The position numbers were made by a program, and so were the translations under genes. From contig NC_086097.1 in the NCBI RefSeq assembly GCF_963921235.1, positions 139,378,001 to 139,442,000 of the forward strand: DNA of 64,000 nucleotides. Direction: 5' to 3'. The DNA is from Mobula hypostoma. Lineage: Eukaryota. The notes under the pieces were generated by a model. The model did no database searches. It saw only the letters and a program-made list of their open reading frames with translations, and was not told the origin of the DNA. Within the stretch, counting starts at the first letter, position 1. Each line of letters begins with the position of its first letter. This document shows, one piece after another, positions 51,212 to 62,468 of this stretch.

Positions 51212-51341
51212 GAGGGTGATGAAATCCTGGTGACAAGCACCAGCTATGATTCCCAGCAGACAGAATCTCGGAGGATCCGTTCCATCTCACACGACAGGAT
51301 GTCTCTGCTCCTGGACCGGCCACTCTCGTTCACGCACGTGG
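51212..51341 (+). CDS. PKHD1L1: PKHD1L1-like exon L (EGDEILVTSTSYDSQQTE...LSFTHV)
   Basis: gtgccag|, G|gtgagt; 130 nt. Confidence 0.93.
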
Positions 51342-51674
51342 GTGAGTGTACCGCTCACACGGCACCTTCCTGCACAGCGCAGGAGGCCAGAAGTACATCT
51401 GTGCACCTTTGGTGTACCCCTGGCTGGTGTTTGGGGGGTGTGTACGTGTGTGTGGGGGCGCAGGGGGAGATGCAAGGGTGTGTACCTCTGGTTGGTGTGT
51501 AGGTCAAATGGATGTGTCACTGGTGAGTGTGTGTGGGAGGATGTACCCCCAGTCGGTGTGTAGCCCATGCACCCCCAGGTGGTGTGAGCTGCGGGGGAGG
51601 TGTACCCGGTCGGTGCGATTGGGCTGCTTTGGAATCTGTGAACCAATGTGACCAAGGTTTTCTTCTGGTTCCAG

Positions 51675-51848
51675 TGGACACACAGGAAGTGAAGGGAAGA
51701 GACTGGCACTACAGCCTGGCAGCAGACGTTGCTCTCCTCAGCAGAAACATCAAGATCGTGGGCCAGGACTTCCTGGGCTGGCAGCAGCAGAAGTTCGGAG
51801 CCCGCGTGCTCATCAGTTCCTTCTTCTACAATGACCTGGAGATCAAAG
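51675..51848 (+). CDS. PKHD1L1: PKHD1L1-like exon M (...YSLAADVALLSRNIKIVGQDF...FGARVLISS...EIK)
   Basis: ggttccag|, G|gtatcc; 174 nt. Confidence 0.92.
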
Positions 51849-53588
51849 GTATCCCTACCTCTTATTGACACCTTCCCCTTCACATTGCAGAGGACTACGC
51901 CCTGAGACAGGCAGTGTAGAGGGACTGTGGGCGGTGTGGGAGGTGCTGGGTATGAGGTCTGTACGGGCGCTCCCACAGTGCCACCCTCCAATGTTGTGGC
52001 TCTTCAAGGATTCAATTATCACCAGTGAATTTGTCACCATCATGGCCCTCTGAATGTCTCACCATAATCATGCTGGGTGCAGAGGGGACAAGCGGCTTCT
52101 GGTGGCCCAGTCCTATTGGGAGCGAGAGAGGAAGCAACTCACAGGTCCATGAGTGAGATTTGAAAAGGAGCATTCATGGACTAGTGGTGTTTTCAGGAGG
52201 TCCAATCAAATCATGATTCATGAGCAAGGGCAAATAAAAATAAAATCAACAAGTGGAGCAGCCATTGTTGGAGTGGACCAATGTTGGAATGGGGAGGCCT
52301 TGGCTCATCAGGCTTGGGCAAGGTAAGTATCTGGTAAGTTTCTTCTTCATTCTTCATCTGTTAGTGCATAGTTAGAGCAGTGAGGATGGCTCCAGGGGCT
52401 GTGTTGTGTGTGAGATGTTGGAATTCTAGGAGACCTCCTGCCGCTCAGATAAATACCTGCACCGAGTGTATTGGGTTGCAGCTCCTCAGAGAACACGTTA
52501 AGGAACTGCAGCTCCTGACCTTGGGTTTATACGGGAAACTGATGAGATGATAGATAGGAGCCGCAGAGAGGTAGTCACCCCTAAGTTGCAGGAGGCAGGT
52601 GAATGCATGACTGTCGGGAGAGGGAAAGGAAATGGGCAGCCAGCACAGAGTACCCCTGTAGCCATTCCCCTCACTTTGGATACTGTTTGACGGGATGACC
52701 TACTGGGGGAAGCTGCACTCACTGGGTCTCCGGCACTGAGACTAGTGCTGTAGCTCAGAAGGGAAGTGGGGAAGAAGAGGACTGGAGTGGTGAAAGGGGA
52801 TTCCATAGTTAGCAAAGTAGACACAAGATTCTGTGGATGTGATACAGACCCCGGATGGTATGTTACCTCCCAGGTGCTAGGGTCAGGGATGTCTCAGCTT
52901 GGCTCCATAGTATTCTAAAAGGAGAGGGTGAGTAGCCAGAAGTCCTGGTACATATTGGCACCAATGACATAGGTAGCAAAAGGGAGGGATACTGAAGAGA
53001 GAACTTTGGGAACTAGGTAGAAAACTGAACAGTAGGACCTCCAGGATTGCCACCTGTGCCATGCGGATTTGGCAGTTGAATGCATGGCTGAGGAACTGGT
53101 GCAGGGGGCTGGGTTTCAGAATTGTGAATCATGGAATCTCTTCTAGAGAAGGTATGACATGTACAAAAGGGACGGTTTACACCTGAACCCAATGGGGCCC
53201 AATAACCTTGTGGGCAGGTTTGCTAAAACTGTTGGGGAAGGTTTTTTAAACTAGTTTGTCATGGCGACGAACAACTGAGTGATAGGACTGAGGATGTGGC
53301 GGTTGGTATACAAGCAGAGGCAATGGGTAGTGAGACTGTCAGGAAGGACAGGCAGATGATAAAGCAAAGTTACAGTGAGTGGGATGAGTTTCAGTGTAAC
53401 AGGGACAAAATAGATAGGGGTGATGAATGCAGGACTGAAGGTAGTATATTTCAATGCACGTGGATAACAGAATAAGGTAAATGACTGTGTAGCACAGTTA
53501 GACATTGGCAGGTATGATGTTCTGGGCACCACACATCAAAGTTGCTGGTGAACGCAGCAGGCCAGGCAGCATCTGTAGGAAGAGGTGC

Positions 53589-53624
53589 AGTCGACGTTTC
53601 AGGCCGAGACCCTTCGTCAGGACT
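53589..53624 (-). ncRNA. Minimal type I hammerhead ribozyme motif (left arm)
   Basis: Exact reverse complement of 54503-54538. Confidence 0.8.
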
Positions 53625-54502
53625 AACTGAAGGAAGAGTGAGTAAGAGATTTGAAAGTTGGAGGGGGAAGGGGAGATCCAAAACGATAGGAGAAGACAGG
53701 AGGGGGAGGGATAGAGCCAAGAGCTGGACAGGTGATAGGCAAAAGGGGATACGAGAGGATCATGGGACAGGAGGTCCGGGAAGAAAGACGGGGCGGGAGG
53801 GACCCAGAGGATGGGCAAGAGGTATATTCAGAGGGACAGAGGGAGAAAAAGGAGAGTGAGAGAAAGAATGTGTGCATAAAAACAAGTAACAGATGGGGTA
53901 CGAGGGGGAGGTGGGGCCTTAGCGGAAGTTAGAGAAGTCGATGTTCATGCCATCAGGTTGGAGGCTACCCAGACGGAATATAAGGTGTTGTTCCTCCAAC
54001 CTGAGTGTGGCTTCATTTTTACAGTGGAGGAGGCCGTGGATAGACATGTCAGAATGACATCCCATTCCCATTCTGACATGTCTATCCACGGCCTCCTCTA
54101 CTGTAAAGATGAAGCCACACTCAGGTTGGAGGAACAACACCTTATATTCCGACTGGGTAGCCTCCAACCTGATGGCATGAACATCGACTTCTCTAACTTC
54201 CGCTAAGGCCCCACCTCCCCCTCGTACCCCATCTGTTACTTATTTTTATGCACGCATTCTTTCTCTCAATCTTCTTTTTCTCCCTCTGTCCCTCTGAATA
54301 TACCTCTTGCCCATCCTCTGGGTCCCCCCCCTCCCTTCTCTTTCTTCCCGGACCTCCTGATCCATGATCCTCTCGTATCCCCTTTTGCCTATCACCTGTC
54401 CAGCTCTTGGCTCTATCCCTCCTCCTCCTGTCTTCTCCTATCATTTTGGATCTCCCCCTCCCCCTCCAACTTTCAAATCTCTTACTCACTCTTCCTTCAG
54501 TT

Positions 54503-54538
54503 AGTCCTGACGAAGGGTCTCGGCCTGAAACGTCGACT
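54503..54538 (+). ncRNA. Minimal type I hammerhead ribozyme motif (right arm, sense to host pre-mRNA)
   Basis: AGUC-CUGACGA-AGG(GUCUCGG)CCU-GAAACGUC/GACU: helix I AGUC:GACU, intact core boxes, palindromic ACGU helix III, predicted cut after GUC at 54534. Confidence 0.82.
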
Positions 54539-55247
54539 GCACCTCTTCCTACAGATGCTGCCTGGCCTGCTGCGTTCACCAGCAACTTTGATGTGTGTTG
54601 CTTGAATTCCCAGCATCTGCAGAATTCCTGTTGTTTATGTTCTGGGCACCATTGAGTTGTGGCTAAAAGAAGATCATAGCTGGGAGCTTAAAATCCAAGG
54701 ATACATGTTATATCGAAAGGACAGGAAGAGAGGCAGAGGGGGTGGGGTGGCTCTGTTGGTAAAAATTGAAATCAAATCTTTAGAAAGAGATGGCATGGGA
54801 TCAGAAGATGGAAAATCATTGTGGGTAGAGTTAAGGAACTGCAAGGGCGAAAATACCCTGATAGGAGTTAAATACAGGCCTCCGAACAGTAGCCAGAATG
54901 TGGGCTACAATTACAACAGGAAATAGAAAATGCATGTCAAAAGGGCAATGTTACAAATAGTCATGGGGGCTTTCAATATGCAGGTAGACTGGGATAAATT
55001 ATTCTGGATTATGTAATGAACTGGATTTGATTAAGGAGCCTAAGGTAAAGGAACCTTGAGGAGACAGTGACCATAATATGATAGAATTCGCCCTGCAATT
55101 TGAGAGAGAGGGAAGTTAAAGGCGATGCAATGGATTAAAGGGAATTACAGAGGCTTGAGAGAGGAGCAGGCCAAAGTTGATTGGAAGGGGACACTAGCAG
55201 AGATGATGGCCAGAGTAGCAATGGCTGGAGTTTCTGGGAGCAATTCA

Positions 55248-55755
55248 TTGTCATAGTCACACTCATACTCATACTTTATTGATCCCAGGAGAAATTGGTT
55301 TTTGTTACAGTTGCACCATAAATAATAAATAGTAATAAAACCATAAATAGTTAAATAGTAATATGTAAATTATGCCAGGAAATAAGTCCAGGACTAGCCT
55401 ATTGGCTCAGGGTGTCTGACCCTCCAAGGGAGGAGTTGTAAAGTTTGATGGCCACAGGCAGGAATGACTTCCTATGACGCTCTGTGTTGGTCTCTGGCTG
55501 AATGTACTCCTGTGCCCACCCAGTACATTATGTAGTGGATGGGAGACATTGTCCAAGATGGCATGCAACTTGGACAGCATCCTCTTTTCAGACACCACCA
55601 TCAGAGAGTCCAGTTCTATCCCCACAACATCACTGGCCTTACGAATGAGTTTGTTGATTCTGTTGGTGTCTGCTAGTCAGCCTGCTGCCCCAGCACACAA
55701 CAGCAAACATGATAGCACTAGCCACCACAGACTCATAGAACATCCTCAGCATCAC
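55248..55755 (-). mobile_element. Rex/Babar- or L2-like LINE 3' fragment nested in CR1
   Basis: ORF 55407..55625 (LSKLHAILDNVSHPLH); tail catactcatactttattg; CR1 host breaks and resumes at ttca. Confidence 0.7.
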
Positions 55756-56128
55756 TTCAGAAAGTGCAGGATAGATACATCCCAAAAAAAGTTGTATTCA
55801 AGAGGCAGGATGATACAATTGTGGTTGACAAAGGGAGACAAAGCCAACATAAAAGCAAAAGAGAAGGCATATAATTGAGCAAAAATTAATGGGAAGTTAC
55901 AGGACTGGGAAACTTTAAAAAAACACAAAAGGCAACTAAAAAGGCCACAAGGAGGAATTATGAACATAAAGATGAATTATGAACTTAAGCCAGCCAATAA
56001 TATCAAAGAAGACACCAAAAGTTTTTTCAGATATATAAAGAGTAAAAGATGCAAGAGTAGATATCGGACCACTGGAAAATGATGCTGCGGGGACAGTAAT
56101 GGGGGACAAGGAGATGGCAGATGAACTG

Positions 56129-56805
56129 TGTGGAAGAAAATTCTGAGTTAGCAACTCAGATATTTTAACCAGTATCTGAGTTGCTAACACCTCCCACCTT
56201 TAATTAACAAACCATCTGCCTAAGCCTTAGTGCATAACACACCAACATAAACAAGATGAAGACAGTGAAGGTCATAAATTGTGGGGAAGACTCTGTGGGC
56301 TCTCAAGACTCTGACCAATAAGGGGTATTCAGATTTTCCTTCACATGTCAGTTGCTAATATGTAAAACAAATCGTACCTTTGTACGTTAATGAACTTAAT
56401 GGATTTAAGGATGTAATGAACTTCCTTTAATATATATCATAAATAAAGATTCACAATTGGTATACTTGCAATAATCTACCTTAGCTTCATGGATGAATAA
56501 CAACCTATCTCTGAGTTGTAGGTATAAGAAACTGTGAGACAGGACAGGCTATCTTTCAAATTTTAGGATGCAATAAGACACAGGACTGATTTTTTTAAAC
56601 TATGGCTGACGTAATCACCTTTCTGTGAAAATGTATTAAAAAGGTTATGACTATTGCTTTTTGGAAGACCTGGCAATCACACTGTTAGTGAGCCACTCTT
56701 CCCTTATTCATGAATAAAGGTATTTTCTCATCACTTCAAAGTTCATGTTCAATTTACTTGTGACCAACTTTAATTAATTTTCTTAGGAAATTAATTTTCC
56801 CAACA
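56129..56805 (+). mobile_element. Solo LTR (677 bp) nested in CR1
   Basis: TGTGGAAGAAAATT...AATTTTCCCAACA termini; 5-bp TSD aactg/aaatg; TATA-like tataag 56523, AATAAA 56713; splits CR1 EMADEL|NKYF. Confidence 0.75.
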
Positions 56806-58495
56806 AAATGAATAAGTATTTTGCATTAGTCTTCACTGTGGAATACACTAGCAGTATGCCAGAGATTTGAGTGTGTCGGTGACAGAGTGAGTGCAGTTGC
56901 TATCACTAGTGAGATGGTGCTGGGGAACTGGAAGGTTAACTGTAGATAAATCACCTGAACCAGATGGACTACACCCCAGGACTCTTAAAGAGGTTGTGCA
57001 GGCATTAATAATGATCTTTCAAGAATCACCAGACTTGGGCATGGTTCCGGAGGAGTGGAAAATTGCAAATGTCACTCTATTCTTCAAGAAGGAAGGGAGG
57101 CAGAAGAAAGGAAACTACAGGCCGTTTAGCCTAACCTCAGCGGTTGAGAAGCTCTTAGAGTTGATTATTAAGGATGAGATTTAGGGGACTTGCAGGCACA
57201 TGATAAAATAGGCCAAAGTCAGCATGGTTTTCATAAGGGATAATCTTGCCTGAAAAATCTGTTGGAATTACGTGAGGAAATAACAAGCAGGATACACAAA
57301 GGAGAATCAAAGGATGTTGCACACTCAGATTTTCAAAAGGCCTTTGAGAAGGTGCCATACATGAGGCTGCTTAGCAAAATAAGAGCCCATGGTATTACAG
57401 GAAAGATACTAACATGGATAAAGCATTGGCTGCTTGACGGGAGGCAGGAAATGGGACTAAAGGGAGCCTTTTTTGATTGGCTGCTGGAGACTGGTGTTGT
57501 TCCACAGGGGTTGGTATTGGGACCGCTTCTTTTTACATTATATGTCAATGATTTGGATGATGGAATTGATGGCTTTGTGGCCAAGTTTGGGGATGATATG
57601 AAGATAAGTGTTGATGAAGTAGGAAGGCTGCAGAAGGATATAGACAGATGAGGAGAATGGTCAAAGAAGCGACTGATGGAATACAGTATCAGGAAGTGTA
57701 TGGTCATGCACTTTGGTAGAAGAAATAAAAGCATAGACTATTTCCTAAATGGGGAGAAGATTCTAAATTTCAATGTGCAAATGGGTTTGGGAGCTCTCAT
57801 GCAAGATTCCCTAAAGATTAATTTGCAGGTTGAGTCAATGGTAAGGAGGGCAAATCCGATGTTACAATTCATTTTGAAAGGATTAGAATATAAAAATAGA
57901 GATTTAATGCTGAGGCTTTAAGGCACTGGTGAGGCCTCACTTGGAGTATTGTGAACATTTTTGGGCCCCTTATCTAAAAAAGGATGTGCTGATATTGGAG
58001 AAGATTAAAAGGAGTTTCACGAAAATTATCCCAAAATTGAATGGCTTATCATATCAGGAGCATTTGTCAGCACTGGGCCTGTACTCGCTGGAACTTAGAA
58101 GAATGAAGGAGGATCTCATTGAAACCTATTTAATGTTGAAAAGCCGAGACAGAGTGGATGTAGAGAAGATGTTTGCTTTAGTGGTGGGGGTCTTGGACCA
58201 GAGGGCATACCCTCAGAATAGAGGAACTTCCATTTAGAATGGAAATGAGGAGGAATTTTTTTTTAGCTAGAGGGAGGCTGTGGAGGTCAAGTCAAAGAGT
58301 ATATTTAAGGCGGATGCTGATAAAGTCTTGATCAGTCTAGGAGTGGAAGGTTATGGGAAGAAGGCAGCAGAATGGGGTTGAGAGGGAAATGGACCAGCCA
58401 TGATTAAGTGGTGGATTAGATTCAATGGGCTGAATGGCCTAATTCTGCTCCAATGTCTTATGATATATTCCATGCACACTGTATTTGTTGCCCAG

Positions 58496-58599
58496 GTTAC
58501 GCCAGGATAAAGGATGTTGAATTCTACCACAGTGGACAGAATGGATACTGGGATTACTTCGATCCACGTTACTCTGTGGCATTTCTCAATCTTGGCCAG
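58496..58599 (+). CDS. PKHD1L1: PKHD1L1-like exon N (GYARIKDVEFYHSGQ...DPRYSVAFLNLGQ)
   Basis: gcccag|, CAG|gtttgt; 104 nt. Confidence 0.93.
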
Positions 58600-59119
58600 G
58601 TTTGTGGGAAGATTTTGGACATCTTTCCAGTTTTCCTTTAAGAGCGTAGGTTTTCCAGGAGATCACACTGGAAAACCTGTGCTCCAGAATTTCTCTGGGT
58701 GTGAATGTTAGGAATTTGGACACAGTACGTCCTTGTGCAGCCCAGCCTACCTGCACAGGTTCCCTATGACCCAATCATTCCATGCCACGGTTGTGTTTAT
58801 GCCTCATCTCCTTTCCTCGAGGAGGTCTCAGGAGAGGGATGTTTGGGATTACAGGTGGGCTTATCTGCCCTTATGTTAACACCTTTGCCTTTCTTCCTTC
58901 AACTATCAGGTGAAAAGGTTCAGGCACAGGTAATGTGCCTGTTGTAAACGTCAACATCCCTCCCTTGGGTGGGAAACATCTTCACCCCAGGTTCAGAGTG
59001 ATCAATGGTAATCTCCTTCCACCAATGCTGCCTCACTCACTGTGTATTCTGAGTATATTCCATCTCCAGCACTGAGACGATTTTGCGTTTTGATCTAAGT
59101 AGGCAGGGTCTCTGGCTGC

Positions 59120-60591
59120 TACAATAGACAATAGACAGTAGGTGCAGAAGTAGGTCATTCAGCCCTTCGAGCCAGCACCGCCATTCACTGTGATCATGGC
59201 TGATCATCCACAATCAGTATCCAGTTCCTGCCTTATCCCCATAACCTTTGACTCCGCTATCTTTAAGAACTCTATCCATCTCTTTCTTGAAAGCATCCAG
59301 AGACTTGGCCTCCACTGCCTTCTAGGGCAGAGCATTCCATATATCCACCACTCTCTGGGTGAAAAAGTTTTTCCTCAACTCTGTTCTAAATGGCCTACCC
59401 CTTATTCTTAAACTGTGGCCTCTGGTTCTGGACTTACCCATCAGCGGGAACATGTTTCCTGCCTCCAGCGTGTCCAATCCCTTAATAATCTTATATGTTT
59501 CAATAAGATCCCCTCTCAGCCTTCTAAATTCCAGAGTATACAAGCCCAGTCGCTCCAATCTTTCGACATATGACAGTCCCACCATCCTGGTAATTAACCT
59601 TGTGAACCTACGCTGCACTCCCTCAATAGCAAGAATGTCCTTCCTCAAATTTGGAGACCAAAACTGCACACAGTACTCCAGCTGTGGTCTCACCAGGGCC
59701 CTGTACAGCTGCAGAAGGACCTCTTTGCTCTTATACTCAATTCCCCTTGTTATGAAGGCCAGCATGCCATTAGCTTTCTTCACTGCCTGCTGTACTTGCA
59801 TGCTTGCTTTCAGTGACTGATGCACAAGAACACCTAAATCTCGTCGTGCTTCCCCTTTTCCTAATTTGACTCCATTTAAATAATAATCTGCCTTCCTGTT
59901 CTTACCACCAAAGTGGATAACCTCACATTTATCCACATTAAACTGTATCTGCCATGCATCTGCCCACTCACCCAACCCGTCCAAGTCACACTGCATTCTC
60001 ATAACATCCTCCTCACATTTCACACTGCCTCCCAGCTTTGTGTCATCGGCAAATTTGCTAATGTTACTTTTAATTCCCTCATCTAAATCATTAATATATA
60101 TTGTAAACAGCTGCGGTCCCAGCACTGAACCCTGCAGTACCCCACTGGTCACCGCCTGCCATTCCGAAAGGGACCCGTTAATCGCTACACTTTGTTTTCT
60201 GTCAGCCAGCCAATTTTCAATCCTTGTCAGTACTCTGCCCCCAATACCATGTGCCCTAATTTTGCCCACTAATCTCCTATGTGGGACTTTATCAAAGGCT
60301 TTCTGGAAGTCCAGGTACACTACATCCACTGGCTCTCCCTTGTCCATTTTCATAGTTACATCCTCAAAAATTTCCAGAATATTAGTCAAGCACGATTTCC
60401 CCTTCGTAAATCCATGCTGACTCGGACCAATCCTGTTACTGCTATCCAGATGTGTCGAAATTTCACCTTTTATAATTGACTCCAGCATCTTTCCCACCAC
60501 CGACGTCAGGCTAACCAGTCTATAATTCCCTGTTTTCTCTCTTCCTCCCTTCTTGAAGAGAGGGACAATGTTAGCCACCCTCCAATCCACC
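59120..60591 (-). mobile_element. Young 5'-truncated CR1 LINE with open RT frame
   Basis: DWRVANIVPLFKKG...YLDFQKAFDKV...QGSVLGP...KFADDTK...WNALP uninterrupted; tail caatagacaatagacagtag. Confidence 0.95.
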
Positions 60592-60872
60592 TTGGTGAGG
60601 AGAGGAGACACACAATGATTGCACTGATGGCAGCCACTGAATGCACTGAGACTGATGTTCCACCCCAGCAGGATCTGAGATCTGCTCCTCCTGCTGTGGA
60701 GGAAGTCCTGGCCGAGAGACTTGGCCACTCCATGGGTGTGAAGTCCAGCTAGGGGCAGAGGGAGACAGAGTGGGGAAGAAAACACAATTACTGGTAGAAA
60801 TTGATATGTTTGGTTTTGTGACTGAAGCATTAGGACTTCATTCCTGAGATTCGCTGGAATTTTCTCTCTCAG

Positions 60873-60999
60873 ATTCAAGGGAATAACTCGTATATACAGG
60901 GTTGTGCTATTCACAATGGATTTGCTCCTGCGATCGGAGTCTTTGGAACAGATGGCCTCAATATCGATGACAATATCATTTACAACACCCTGGGAGAAG
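60873..60999 (+). CDS. PKHD1L1: PKHD1L1-like exon O (IQGNNSYIQGCAIHNGFAPAIGVFGTDGLNIDDNIIYNTLGE)
   Basis: tctctctcag|, G|gtatgt; 127 nt. Confidence 0.94.
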
Positions 61000-61055
61000 G
61001 TATGTGGGGCCCTATCTCCAGACACAGAGCAGGAGCTGATCCTCAGCTTTTGAGG

Positions 61056-62240
61056 CAGTACAGAGGTAATGTCACTCTGTAGGATGGACAATACTGAGGG
61101 AGTGTCACACTGTGGGATGGACAGTACTGGGGGAGTGTCACACTGTGGGAGTGTCACACTGTGGGACGGACAGTACTGGTGGAGTGTCACACTGTGGAAT
61201 GGACAGTACTGAGGGAGTGTCACACTGTGGGATGGACAGTACTGAGGATGTGTCACACTGCGGGATGGACAGTACTAGGGGAGTGTCACACTGTGGGACG
61301 GACAGTACTGGTGGAGTGTCACACTGTGGGATGGACGGTACTGAGGGAGTGTCACACCGTGGGATGGACGGTGCTGAGGGAGTGTCACACCGTGGGATGC
61401 ACGGTGCTGAGGGATTGTCACACCTTGGGATGGACGGTGCTGAGAGAGTGTCACACCGTGGGATGGATGGTGCTGAGGGAGTGTCACACCTTGGGATGGA
61501 CGGTGCTGAGGGAGTGTCACACCGTGGGATGGACGGTGCTGAGGGAGTGTCACACCGTGGGATGGACGGTGCTGAGGGAGTTTCACACCGGGGGATGGAC
61601 GGTGCTGAGGGAGTGTCACACCATGGGATGGACGGTGCTGAGGGAGTGTCACACCGTGGGATGGACGGTGCCGAGGGAGTGTCACACTGTGGGATGGACT
61701 GTACAGAGGGAGTGTCACACTAGAATGGACGGTACTGAGGGAATGTCACACCATGGGATGGACGGTGCTGAGGGAGTGTCACACTGTGGGAGGGACAGTA
61801 CTGAGGGAGTGTCACTCTGTGGGAGGGACAGTACTGAGAGAGTGTCACTCTGTGGGAGGGACAGTACTGAGGACACTGTGGGATGGACAGTACTGATGGA
61901 GTGTCACATTGTGGGATGGACTGTACTGAGGGAGTGTCACACCATGGGATGGTCGGTACTGGGGGAGTGTCACACTGGGATGGACGGTACTGAGGGAGTG
62001 TCACACCGTGGGATGGACGGTGCTGAGGGAGTGTCACACTGTGGGATGTACAGTACTGAGGGAATATCACACTGTGGGATGGACAGTACTGATGGAGTGT
62101 CACACTGTGGGATGGACAGTACTAAGGGAGTGTCACACTGTGGGATGGACGGTACTGGGGAAGTGTCACACTGTGGTAGTGCAGGTTAAGGTAGTGTCAG
62201 ACTGTGAGAAGGGTAGGACTGTGGGTATGCCACACTGTTC
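61056..62240 (+). repeat. Second, diverged array of the 33-bp minisatellite (~35 units)
   Basis: Same unit and orientation as 1-30921, with frequent cacaccgtggg and ggtgctgag variants. Confidence 0.97.
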
Positions 62241-62468
62241 GGCGAGAGAACAGTGTGGCAAGTGGATTTGAGTAGAAGTGTAGAGAAATTCTGTTCCAAT
62301 TATACTGGTATCTGGCGAGATGGCATCTAGAATATTACGTGTAGGGCTGGATAGATAACTGCAATGAAATCAAAGTCAAGTCTGCTGTCATATAGACAAA
62401 ATGTGTCTGGAGGGATGCAATAAAAAAATCTAACTTGCAGTAACATCACAGGCATATAGCATCATATA

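Larger units (their letters stand above)
53530..54636. mobile_element. Penelope-like element inserted as a palindrome (arms 53530-54056 and 54069-54597) plus a ~39-bp tail
   Basis: Mirror ORFs on both strands; GIY-YIG C-terminus (RLEEQHLIFRLGSLQPDGMN); 15-bp TSD ATGTTCTGGGCACCA at 53517-53531 and 54637-54651. Confidence 0.9.
52090..58462 (+). mobile_element. Near full-length decayed CR1 LINE (ORF1 with SGNH esterase; ORF2 APE + RT) with three nested insertions
   Basis: ORF1 motifs GDSIV (~52797), HIGTND (52951), DGLHLN (53171); APE (YRKDR, GGGVALLVK, YRPPN); RT (DFQKAF, VPQGLVLGP, KFGDD, RPHLEYC); 3' end aatggcctaattctgctccaatgtcttatg; many stops and frameshifts. Confidence 0.9.
31123..60999 (+). 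other. PKHD1L1: PKHD1L1/fibrocystin-L-like gene, internal part (15 exons; PbH1 beta-helix region, second G8 domain and start of second PbH1 region); continues beyond both ends
   Basis: Spliced translation matches recalled PKHD1L1 motifs colinearly (HSQGE, RAEVGLLTRN, CPDGFDTGEF, QSTSLLNDD.TPAAFWVT, GGTHFGFWYR, GPNQGAKVLGVFG.LDLHG, LAADV.LLSRNIKIVG, VEFYHSGQ, AIGVFGTDGL.IDDNII). All junctions GT-AG and phase-compatible. Ortholog vs paralog unresolved. Confidence 0.93.

Noticed and set aside
34300..52050. Many short 60-150 aa intronic ORFs
   Set aside because: No recognisable motifs beyond exon overlaps and TE remnants; expected by chance
59322..61256. 644-aa ORF as a novel repeat-RT fusion gene
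   Set aside because: Chance read-through from minisatellite, antisense exon O and intron into a 5'-truncated CR1 RT; no endonuclease domain
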